NCBI GenBank assembly: GCA_964016885.1
Contig: OZ024740.1
Coordinates: 15,004,001 to 15,068,000 of the forward strand
Origin: Eledone cirrhosa
Lineage: Eukaryota
Length of the DNA stretch: 64,000 nt
Reading direction: 5' to 3'
Position 1 is the stretch's first letter. Each line of letters opens with the position of its first letter. Shown here in pieces: positions 45,501-59,000 of this stretch. The notes under the pieces were generated by a model that was not told the DNA's origin, made no database searches, and was given only the letters and a program-made list of their open reading frames with translations. The translations under genes and the position numbers were made by a program.

Positions 45501-48500
45501 ATTTCCCACTAAACAGAGGTGTGAAATGTAGGATGTTTTAAAAACCTTCATGGTTATATTTCCCACTAAACAGAGGTGTGAAATATAGGATGTTTTAAAC
45601 ACCTTCATGGTTATATTTCCCACTAAACAGAGGTGTGAAATATAGGATGTTTTAAACCCCTTCATGGTTATATTTCCCACTAAACAGAGGTGTGCAATAT
45701 AGGATGTTTTAAACACCTTCATGATTATATTTCCCACTAAACAGAGGTGTGAAATATAGGATGTTGTAAACACCTTCATGGTTATATTTCCCACTACACA
45801 GAGGTGTGAAATATAGGGTGTTGTAAACACCTTCATGATTATATTTCCCATTAAACAGAGGTGTGAAATATAGAATGTTTTAAATACGTTCATGGTTATA
45901 TTTCCCAATAAACAGAGGTGTGAAATATAGGATGTTTCAAACACCTTCATGGTTATATTTCCCACTAAACAGAGGTGTGAAATATAGGATGTTTTAAACA
46001 CCTTCATGGTTATATTTCCCACTAAACAGAGGTGTGAAATATAGGATGTTTTAAACACCTTCATGGTTATATTTCCCACTAAACAGAGCTGTGAAATATA
46101 GGATGTTTTAAACACCTTCATGATTATATTTCCCACTAAACAGTGGTGTGAAATATAGGATGTTGTAAACACCTTCATGGTTATATTTCCCACTAAACAG
46201 AGGTGTGAAATATAGGATGTTTTCAACACCTTCATGGCTATATTTCCCACAAAACAGAGGTGAGGAATATAGGATGTTTTAAACCCCTTCATGGTTATAT
46301 TTCACACTAAACAGAGGTGTGGAATATAGGATGTTTTAAACACCTTCATGGTTATATTTCCCACTAAACAGAGGTGTGAAATATAGGATGCTTTAAACAT
46401 CTTCATGGTTATATTTCCAACTAAACAGAGGTGTGAAATATAGGATGTTTTAAACACCTTCATGGTTATATTTCCCACTAAACAGAGGTGTGAAATATAG
46501 GATGTTTTAAACACCTTCATGGTTATATTTCCCACTAAACAGAGGTGAGGAATATAGGATGTTTTAAACCCGTTCATGGTTATATTTCACACTAAACAGA
46601 GGTGTGGAATATACGATGCTTTAAACACCTTCATGGTTATATTTCCCACTAAACAGAGGTGTGAAATATAGGATGCTTTAAACACCTTCATGGTATATTT
46701 CCCACTAAACAGAGGTGTGAAATATAGGATGTTTTAAACACCTTCATTGTTATATTTCCCACTAAACAGAGGTGTGAAATATAGGATGTTTTAAACACCT
46801 TCATGGTTATATTTCCCACTAAACAGAGGTGTGCAATATAGGATGTTTTAAACACCTTCATGGTTATATTTCCCACTAAACAGAGGTGTGAAATATAGGA
46901 TGTTTTAACACCTTCATGGTTATATTTCCCACTAAACAGAGGTGTGTAATATAGGATGTATAAAACACCTTCATGGTTATATTTCCCACTAAACAGAGGT
47001 GTGAAATATAGGATGTTTTAAAAACCTTCATGATTATATTTCCCACTACACAGAGGTGGGAAATATAGGATGTTTTAAACACCTTCATGGTTATATTTCC
47101 CACTAAACAGAGGTGTGAAATATAGGATGTTTTAAACCCCTTTATGGTTATATTTCCCACTAAACAGAGGTGTGCAATATAGGATGTTTTAAACACCTTC
47201 ATGATTATATTTCCCACTAAACAGAGGTGTGAAATATAGGATGTTGTAAACACCTTCATGGTTATATTTCCCACTACACAGAGGTGTGAAATATAGGGTG
47301 TTGTAAACACCTTCATGATTATATTTCCCATTAAACAGAGGTGTGAAATATAGAATGTTTTAAATACGTTCATGGTTATATTTCCCAATAAACAGAGGTG
47401 TGAAATATAGGATGTTTCAAACACCTTCATGGTTATATTTCCCACTAAACAGAGGTGTGAAATATAGGATGTTTTAAACACCTTCATGGTTATATTTCCC
47501 ACTAAACAGAGGTGTGAAATATAGGATGTTTTAAACACCTTCATGGTTATATTTCCCACTAAACAGAGCTGTGAAATATAGGATGTTTTAAACACCTTCA
47601 TGATTATATTTCCCACTAAACAGTGGTGTGAAATATAGGATGTTGTAAACACCTTCATGGTTATATTTCCCACTAAACAGAGGTGTGAAATATAGGATGT
47701 TTTAACACATTCATGGTTATATTTCCCACTAAACAGAGGTGTGAAATATAGGATGTTTTAAACACCTTCATGGTTATATTTCCCACTAAACAGAGGTGTG
47801 CAATATAGGATGTTTTAAACACCTTCATGGTTATATTTCCCACTAAACAGAGGTGTGAAATATAGGATGTTTTAACACCTTCATGGTTATATTTCCCACT
47901 AAACAGAGGTGTGAAATATAGGATGTTTTAAACACCTTCATGGTTATATTTCCCACTAAACAGAGGTGTGAAATATAGGATGTTTTAAAAACCTTCATGG
48001 TTATATTTCCCACTAAACAGAGGTGTGAAATATAGGATGTTTTAAACACCTTCATGGTTATATTTCCCACTAAACAGAGGTATGAAATATAGGATGTTTT
48101 AAACCCCTTCATGGTTATATTTCCCACTAAACAGAGGTGTGCAATATAGGATGTTTTAAACACCTTCATGATTATATTTCCCACTAAACAGAGGTGTGAA
48201 ATATAGGATGGTGTAAACACCTTCATGGTTATATTTTCCACTACACAGAGGTGTGAAATATAGGGTGATGTAAACACCTTCATGCTTATATTTCCCATTA
48301 AACAGAGGTGTGAAATATAGAATGTTTTAAATACCTTCATGGTTATATTTCCCAATAAACAGAGGTGTGAAATATAGGATGTTTCAAACACCTTCATGGT
48401 TATATTTCCCACTAAACAGAGGTGTGAAATATAGGATGTTTTAAACACCTTCATGGTTATATTTCCGACTAAACAGAGGTGTGCAATATAGGATGTTTTA

Positions 48501-51500
48501 AACACCTTCATTGTTATATTTCCCACTAAACAGAGGTGTGAAATATAGGATGTTTTAACACCTTCATGGTTATATTTCACACTAAACAGAGGTGTGAAAT
48601 ATAGGATGTTTTAAACACCTTCATGGTTATATTCCCACTAAACAGAGGTGTGAAATATAGGATGTTTTAAACACCTTCATGATTATATTTCCCACTAAAC
48701 AGAGGTGTGAAATATAGGATGTTGTAAACACCTTCATAGATATATTTCCCACTACACAGAGGTGTGAAATATAAGGTGTTGTAAACACCTTCATGATTAT
48801 ATTTCACACTAAACGGAGGTGTGAAATATAGAATGTTTTAAATACATTCATGGTTATATTTCCCAATAAACAGAGGTGTGAAATATAGGATGTTTTAAAC
48901 ACCTTCATGGTTATATTTCCCACTAAACAGAGGTGTGAAATATAGGATGTTTTAAACACCTTCATGGCTATATTTCCCACTAAACAGAGGTGAGGAATAT
49001 AGGATGTTTTAAACCCCTTCATGGTTATATTTCACACTAAACAGAGGTGTGGAATATAGGATGCTTTAAACACCTTCATGGTTATATTTCCCACTAATCA
49101 GAGGTGTGAAATATAGGATGCTTTAAACACCTTCATGGTATATTTCCCACTAAACAGAGGTGTGAAATATAGGATATTTTAAACACCTTCATTGTTATAT
49201 TTCCCACTAAACAGAGGTGTGAAATATAGGATGTTTTAACACCTTCATGATTATATTTCCCACTAAACAGAGGTGTGAAATATAGGATGTTTTAAACACC
49301 TTCATGGTTATATTTCCCACTAAACAGAGGTGTGAAATATAGGATGTTATAAAAACCTTCATGGTTATATTTCCCACTAAACAGAGGTGTGAAATATAGG
49401 TTGTTTTAAACACCTTCATGGTTATATTTCCCACTAAACAGAGGTGTGAAACATAGGATGTTTTAAACCCCTTCATGGTTATATTTCCCACTAAACAGAG
49501 GTGTGCAATATAGGATGTTTTAAACACCTTCATGATTATATTTCCCACTAAACAGAGGTGTGAAATATAGGATGGTGTAAACACCTTCATGGTTATATTT
49601 CCCACTACACAGAGGTGTGAAATATAGGGTGATGTAAACACCTTCATGCTTATATTTCCCACTAAACAGAGGTGTGAAATATAGAATGTTTTAAATACAT
49701 TCATCGTTATATTTCCCAATAAACAGAGGTGTGAAATATAGGATGTTTTAAACACCTTCATGGTTATATTTCCCACTAAACAGAGGTGTGAAATATAGGG
49801 TGTTTTAAACACCTTCATGGCTATATTTCCCACTAAACAGAGGTGAGGAATATAGGATGTTTTAAACCCCTTCATGGTTATATTTCACACTAAACAGAGG
49901 TGTGGAATATGGGATGCTTTAAACACCTTCATGGTTATATTTCCCACTAAACAGAGGTGTGAAATATAGGATGCTTTAAACACCTTCATGGTTATATTTC
50001 CAACTAAACAGAGGTGTGAAATATAGGATGTTTTAAACACCTTCATGGTTATATTTCCCACTAAACAGAGGTGTGAAATGTAGGATGTTTTAAAAACCTT
50101 CATGGTTATATTTCCCACTAAACAGAGGTGTGAAATATAGGATGTTTTAAACACCTTCATGGTTATATTTCCCACTAAACAGAGGTGTGAAATATAGGAT
50201 GTTTTAAACCCCTTCATGGTTATATTTCCCACTAAACAGAGGTGTGCAATATAGGATGTTTTAAACACCTTCATGATTATATTTCCCACTAAACAGAGGT
50301 GTGAAATATAGGATGTTGTAAACACCTTCATGGTTATATTTCCCACTACACAGAGGTGTGAAATATAGGGTGTTGTAAACACCTTCATGATTATATTTCC
50401 CATTAAACAGAGGTGTGAAATATAGAATGTTTTAAATACGTTCATGGTTATATTTCCCAATAAACAGAGGTGTGAAATATAGGATGTTTCAAACACCTTC
50501 ATGGTTATATTTCCCACTAAACAGAGGTGTGAAATATAGGATGTTTTAAACACCTTCATGGTTATATTTCCCACTAAACAGAGGTGTGAAATATAGGATG
50601 TTTTAAACACCTTCATGGTTATATTTCCCACTAAACAGAGCTGTGAAATATAGGATGTTTTAAACACCTTCATGATTATATTTCCCACTAAACAGTGGTG
50701 TGAAATATAGGATGTTGTAAACACCTTCATGGTTATATTTCCCACTAAACAGAGGTGTGAAATATAGGATGTTTTCAACACCTTCATGGCTATATTTCCC
50801 ACTAAACAGAGGTGAGGAATATAGGATGTTTTAAACCCCTTCATGGTTATATTTCACACTAAACAGAGGTGTGGAATATAGGATGTTTTAAACACCTTCA
50901 TGGTTATATTTCCCACTAAACAGAGGTGTGAAATATAGGATGCTTTAAACATCTTCATGGTTATATTTCCAACTAAACAGAGGTGTGAAATATAGGATGT
51001 TTTAAACACCTTCATGGTTATATTTCCCACTAAACAGAGGTGTGAAATATAGGATGTTTTAAACACCTTCATGGTTATATTTCCCACTAAACAGAGGTGA
51101 GGAATATAGGATGTTTTAAACCCGTTCATGGTTATATTTCACACTAAACAGAGGTGTGGAATATACGATGCTTTAAACACCTTCATGGTTATATTTCCCA
51201 CTAAACAGAGGTGTGAAATATAGGATGCTTTAAACACCTTCATGGTATATTTCCCACTAAACAGAGGTGTGAAATATAGGATGTTTTAAACACCTTCATT
51301 GTTATATTTCCCACTAAACAGAGGTGTGAAATATAGGATGTTTTAAACACCTTCATGGTTATATTTCCCACTAAACAGAGGTGTGCAATATAGGATGTTT
51401 TAAACACCTTCATGGTTATATTTCCCACTAAACAGAGGTGTGAAATATAGGATGTTTTAACACCTTCATGGTTATATTTCCCACTAAACAGAGGTGTGTA

Positions 51501-51687
51501 ATATAGGATGTATAAAACACCTTCATGGTTATATTTCCCACTAAACAGAGGTGTGAAATATAGGATGTTTTAAAAACCTTCATGATTATATTTCCCACTA
51601 CACAGAGGTGGGAAATATAGGATGTTTTAAACACCTTCATGGTTATATTTCCCACTAAACAGAGGTGTGAAATATAGGATGTTTTAA
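42520..51687. repeat. Higher-order tandem duplication, 4552-bp unit (80 monomers minus 8 bp), 2 copies
   Basis: ORF offsets 43291/47843, 44252/48804, 44655/49207, 45333/49885, 46302/50854, 46688/51240 and 46876/51428 equal 4552. Shared variants CCCCTTTAT, GGTATGAAA, ATAAGGTG, ATACGATG and GTATAAAAC. Confidence 0.92.
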
Positions 51688-53099
51688 ACCCCTTCATGGT
51701 TATATTTCCCACTAAACAGAGGTGTGCAATATAGGATGTTTTAAACACCTTGATGATTATATTTCCCACTAAACAGAGGTGTGAAATATAGGATGTTGTA
51801 AACAACTTCATAGTTATATTTCCCACTAAACAGAGGTTGTGAAATATAGGATGTTTTAAACACCTTCATGGTTATATTTCCCACTAAACAGAGGTGTGAA
51901 ATATAGGATGTTTTAAACCCCTTCATGGTTATATTTCCCACTAAACAGAGGTGTGCAATATAGGATGTTTTAAACACCTTCATGATTATATTTCCCACTA
52001 AACAGAGGTGTGAAATATAGGATGTTGTAAACAACTTCATAGTTATATTTCCCACTACACAGAGGTGTGAAATATAGGGTGTTGTAAACACCTTCATGAT
52101 TATATTTCCAACTAAACAGAGGTGTGAAATATAGGATGTTTTAAACACCTTCATGGTTATATTTCCCACTAAAGAGAGGTGTGAAATATAGGATGTTTTA
52201 AACACCTTCATGGTTATATTTCCCACTAAACAGAGCTGTGAAATATAGGATGTTTTAAACCCCTTCATGGTTATATTTCCCACTAAACAGAGGTGTGCAA
52301 TATAGGATGTTTTAAACACCTTCATGATTATATTTCCCACTAAACAGAGGTGTGAAATATAGGATGTTGTAAACACCTTCATGGTTATATTTCCCACTAC
52401 ACAGAGGTGTGAAATATAGGGTGTTGTAAACACTTTCATGATTATATTTCCCATTAAACAGAGGTGTGAAATATAGAATGTTTTAAATACGTTCATGGTT
52501 ATATTTCCCAATAAACAGAGGTGTGAAATATAGGATGTTTCAAACACCTTCATGGTTATATTTCCCACTAAACAGAGGTGTGAAATATAGGATGTTTTAA
52601 ACACTTTCATGGTTATATTTCCCACTAAACAGAGGTGTGAAATATAGGATGTTTTAAACACCTTCATGGTTATATTTCCCACTAAACAGAGCTGTGAAAT
52701 ATAGGATGTTTTAAACACCTTCATGATTATATTTCCCACTAAACAGTGGTGTGAAATATAGGATGTTGTAAACACCTTCATGGTTATATTTCCCACTAAA
52801 CAGAGGTGTGAAATATAGGATGTTTTCAACACCTTCATGGCTATATTTCCCACTAAACAGAGGTGAGGAATATAGGATGTTTTAAACCCCTTCATGGTTA
52901 TATTTCACACTAAACAGAGGTGTGGAATATAGGATGTTTCAAACACCTTCATGGTTATATTTCCCACTAAACAGAGGTGTGAAATATAGGATGCTTTAAA
53001 CATCTTCATGGTTATATTTCCAACTAAACAGAGGTGTGAAATATAGGATGTTTTAAACACCTTCATGGTTATATTTCCCACTAAACAGAGGTGTGAAAT

Positions 53100-56000
53100 A
53101 TAGGATGTTTTAAACACCTTCATGGTTATATTTCCCACTAAACAGAGGTGAGGAATATAGGATGTTTTAAACCCCTTCATGGTTATATTTCACACTAAAC
53201 AGAGGTGTGGAATATAGGATGCTTTAAACACCTTCATGGTTATATTTCCCACTAAACAGAGGTGTGAAATATAGGATGCTTTAAACACCTTCATGGTATA
53301 TTTCCCACTAAACAGAGGTGTGAAATATAGGATGTTTTAAACACCTTCATTGTTATATTTCCCACTAAACAGAGGTGTGAAATATAGGATGTTTTAAACA
53401 CCTTCATGGTTATATTTCCCACTAAACAGAGGTGTGCAATATAGGATGTTTTAAACACCTTCATGGTTATATTTCCCACTAAACAGAGGTGTGAAATATA
53501 GGATGTTTTAACACCTTCATGGTTATATTTCCCACTAAACAGAGGTGTGTAATATAGGATGTTTAAAACACCTTCATGGTTATATTTCCCACTAAACAGA
53601 GGTGTGAAATATAGGATGTTTTAAAAACCTTCATGGTTATATTTCCCACTACACAGAGGTGGGAAATATAGGATGTTTTAAACACCTTCATGGTTATATT
53701 TCCCACTAAACAGAGGTGTGAAATATAGGATGTTTTAAACACCTTGATGGTTATATTTCCCACTAAACAGAGGTGTGAAATATAGGATGCTTTAAACACC
53801 TTCATGGTTATATTTCCAACTAAACAGAGGTGTGAAATATAGGATGTTTTAAACACCTTTATGGTTATATTTCCCACTAAACAGAGGTGTGAAATATAGG
53901 ATGTTTTAAAAACCTTCATGGTTATATTTCCCACTAAACAGAGGTGTGAAATATAGGATGTTTTAAACACCTTCATGGTTATATTTCCCACTAAACAGAG
54001 GTGTGAAATATAGGATGTTTTAAACCCCTTCATGGTTATATTTCCCACTAAACAGAGGTGTGCAATATAGGATGTTTTAAACACCTTCATGATTATATTT
54101 CCCACTAAACAGAGGTGTGAAATATAGGATGTTGTAAACACCTTCATGGTTATATTTCCCACTACACAGAGGTGTGAAATATAGGGTGTTGTAAACACCT
54201 TCATGATTATATTTCCCATTAAACAGAGGTGTGAAATATAGAATGTTTTAAGTACGTTCATGGTTATATTTCCCAATAAACAGAGGTGTGAAATATAGGA
54301 TGTTTCAAACACCTTCATGGTTATATTTCCCACTAAACAGAGGTGTGAAATATAGGATGTTTTAAACACCTTCATGGTTATATTTCCCACTAAACAGAGG
54401 TGTGAAATATAGGATGTTTTAAACACCTTCATGGTTATATTTCCCACTAAACAGAGCTGTGAAATATAGGATGTTTTAAACACCTTCATGATTATATTTC
54501 CCACTAAACAGTGGTGTGAAATATAGGATGTTGTAAACACCTTCATGGTTATATTTCCCACTAAACAGAGGTGTGAAATATAGGATGTTTTCAACACCTT
54601 CATGGCTATATTTCCCACTAAACAGAGGTGAGGAATATAGGATGTTTTAAACCCCTTCATGGTTATATTTCACACTAAACAGAGGTGTGGAATATAGGAT
54701 GTTTTAAACACCTTCATGGTTATATTTCCCACTAAACAGAGGTGTGAAATATAGGATGCTTTAAACATCTTCATGGTTATATTTCCAACTAAACAGAGGT
54801 GTGAAATATAGGATGTTTTAAACACCTTCATGGTTATATTTCCCACTAAACAGAGGTGTGAAATATAGGATGTTTTAAACACCTTCATGGTTATATTTCC
54901 CACTAAACAGAGGTGAGGAATATAGGATGTTTTAAACACCTTCATTGTTATATTTCCCACTAAACAGAGGTGTGAAATATAGGATGTTTTAAACACCTTC
55001 ATGGTTATATTTCCCACTAAACAGAGGTGTGCAATATAGGATGTTTTAAACACCTTCATGGTTATATTTCCCACTAAACAGAGGTGTGAAATATAGGATG
55101 TTTTAACACCTTCATGGTTATATTTCCCACTAAACAGAGGTGTGTAATATAGGATGTTTAAAACACCTTCATGGTTATATTTCCCACTAAACAGAGGTGT
55201 GAAATATAGGATGTTTTAAAAACCTTCATGGTTATATTTCCCACTACACAGAGGTGGGAAATATAGGATGTTTTAAACACCTTCATGGTTATATTTCCCA
55301 CTAAACAGAGGTGTGAAATATAGGATGTTTTAAACCCCTTCATGGTTATATTTCCCACTAAACAGAGGTGTGCAATATAGGATGTTTTAAACACCTTGAT
55401 GATTATATTTCCCACTAAACAGAGGTGTGAAATATAGGATGTTGTAAACACCTTCATGTTTATATTTCCCACTACAAAGAGGTGTGAAATATAGGGTGGT
55501 GTAAACACCTTCATGCTTATATTTCCCATTAAACAGAGGTGTGAAATATAGAATGTTTTAAATAACTTCATGGTTATATTTCCCAATAAACAAAGGTGTG
55601 AAATATAGGATGTTTCAAACACCTTCATGGTTATATTTCCCACTAAACAGAGGTGTGAAATATAGGATGTTTTAAACACCTTCATGGTTATATTTCCCAC
55701 TAAACAGAGGTGTAAAATATAGGATGTTTTAAACACCTTCATGGTTATATTTCCCACTAAACAGAGGTGTGAAATATAGGATGTTTTAAACCCCTTCATG
55801 GTTATATTTCCCACTAAACAGAGGTGTGCAATATAGGATGTGTTAAACACCTTCATGATTATATTTCCCACTAAACAGAGGTGTGAAATATAGGATGTTG
55901 TAAACACCTTCATGGTTATATTTCCCACTACACAGAGGTGTGAAATATATGGTGTTGTAAACACCTTCATGATTATATTTCCCACTAAACAGAGGTGTGA

Positions 56001-59000
56001 AATATAGAATGTTTTAAATACCTTCATGGTTATATTTCCCACTAAACAGAGGTGTGCAATATAGGATGTTTTAAACACCTTCATGCTTATATTTCCCACT
56101 AAACAGAGGTGTGAAATATAGGATGTTTTAACACCTTCATGGTTATATTTCCCACTAAACAGAGGTGTGAAATATAGGATGTTTTAAAAACCTTCATGAT
56201 TATATTTCCCACTAAACAGAGGTGTGAAATATAGGATGTTTTAAACACCTTCATGGTTATATTTCCCACTAAACAGAGGTGTGAAATATAGGATGTTTTA
56301 AACCCCTTCATGGTTATATTTCCCACTAAACAGAGGTGTACAATATAGGATGTTTTAAACACCTTCATGATTATATTTCCCACTAAACAGAGGTGTGAAA
56401 TATAGGATATTTTAAACACCTTCATGGTTATATTTCCCACTAAACAGAGGTGTGAAATATAGGATGTTTTAACCACCTTCATGGTTATATTTCCCACTAA
56501 AGAGAGGCGTGAAATATAGGATGTTTTAAACACCTTCATGGTTATATTTCCCACTAAACAGAGGTAAGAAATATAGGATGTTTTAAACCCCTTCATGGTT
56601 ATATTTCCCACTAAACAGAGGTGTGCAATATAGGATGTTTTAAACACCTTCATGATTATATTTCCCACTAATCAGAGGTGTGAAATATAGGATGTTGTAA
56701 ACACCTTCATGGTTATATTTCCCACTACACAGAGGTGTGAAATATAGGATGTTGTAAACACCATCATGATTATATTTCCCACTAAACAGAGGTGTGAAAT
56801 ATAGAATGTTTTAAATACCTTCATGGTTATATTTCCCAATAAACAGAGGTGTGAAATATAGGATGTTTTAAACACCTTCATGGTTATATTTCCCACTAAA
56901 CAGAGGTGTGAAATATAGGATGTTTTAAACACCTTCATGGCTATATTTCCCACTAAACAGAGGTGTGAAATATAGGATGTTTTAAACACCTTCATGGTTA
57001 TATTTCCCACTAAACTGAGGTGTGAAATATCGGATGTTTTAAACACCTTCATGGTTAAATTTCCCACTAAACAGAGGTGTGAAATATAGGATGTTTTATA
57101 CCCCTTCATGGTTATATTTCACACTAAACAGAGGTGTGGAATATAGGATGTTTAAAGCACCTTCATGGTTATATTTCCCACTAAACAGAGGTGTGAAATA
57201 TAGAATGTTTTAAATACCTTCATGGTTATATTTCCCAATAAACAGAGGTGTGAAATATAGGATGTTTTAAACACCTTCATGGTTATATTTCCCAATAAAC
57301 AGAGGTGTGAAATATAGGATGTTTTAAACACCTTCATGGTTATATTTCCCACTAAACAGAGGTGTGAAATATAGGATGTTGTAAACACCTTCATGGTTAC
57401 ATTTCCCACTAAACAGAGGTGTGAAATATAGGATGTTTAAAACACCTTCATGGTTATATTTCCTACTAAACAGAGGTGTGAAATATAGGATGTTTTAAAC
57501 ACCTTCATGGTTATATTTCCCACTACACAGAGGTGTGAAATATAGGGTGTTGTAAACAGCTTCATGATTATATTTCCCACTAAACAGAGGTGTGAAATAT
57601 AGAATGTTTTAAATACCTTCATGGTTATATTTCCCAATAAACAGAGGTGTGAAATATAGGATGTTTCAAACACCTTCAAGGTTATATTTCCCACTAAACA
57701 GAGGTATGAAATATAGGATGTTTTAAACACCTTCATGGTTATATTTCCCACTAAACAGAGGTGTGAAATATAGGATGTTTTAAACACCTTCATGGTTATA
57801 TTTCCCACTAAAGAGAGGTGTGAAATATAGGATGTTTTAAACACCTTCATGGTTATATTTCCTACTAAACAGAGGTGTGAAATATAGGATGTTTTAAACA
57901 CCTTCATGATTATATTTCCCACTAAACAGAGGTGTGAAATATAGGTTGTTTTAAACCCCTTCATGGTTATATTTCCCACTAAACAGAGGTGTGCAATATA
58001 GGATGTTTTAAACACCTTCATGATTATATTTCCCACTAAACAGAGGTGTGAAATATAGGATGTTGTAAACACCTTCATGGTTATATTTCCCACTACACAG
58101 AGGTGTGAAATATAGGGTGTTGTAAACACCTTCATGATTATATTTCCCACTAAACAGAGGTGTGAAATATAGAATGTTTTAAATACCTTCATGGTTATAT
58201 TTCCGAATAAACAGAGGTTTGAAATATAGGATGTTTTAAACACGTTCATGGTTATATTTCCCACTAAACAGAGGTGTGAAATATAGGATGTTTTAAACAC
58301 CTTCATGTTTATGTTTCCCACTAAACAGAGGTGTGAAATATAGGATGTTTTAAACACATTCATGGTTATATTTCCCACTAAACAGAGTTGTGCAATATAG
58401 GATGTTTTAACCACCTTCATGGTTATATTTCCCACTAAACAGAGGTGTGAAATATAGGATGTTTTAAACACCTTCATGGTTATATTTCCCACTAAACAGA
58501 GGTAAGAAATATAGGATGTTTTAAACCCCTTCATGGTTATATTTCCCACTAAACAGAGGTGTGCAATATAGGATGTTTTAAACACCTTCATGATTATATT
58601 TCCCACTAATCAGAGGTGTGAAATAAAGGATGTTGTAAACACCTTCATGGTTATATTTCCCACTACACAGAGGTGTGAAATATAGGATGTTGTAAACACC
58701 TTCATGATTATATTTCCCACTAAACAGAGGTGTGAAATATAGAATGTTTTAAATACCTTCATGGTTATATTTCCCAATAAACAGAGGTGTGAAATATAGG
58801 ATGTTTTAAACACCTTCATGTTTATATTTCTCACTAAACAGAGGTGTGAAATATAGGATGTTTTAAACACCTTCATGGCTATATTTCCCACTAAACAGAG
58901 GTGTGAAATATAGGATGTGTTAAACACCTTCATGGTTATATTTCCCACTAAACTGAGGTGTGAAATATCGGATGTTTTAAACACCTTCATGGTTAAATTT

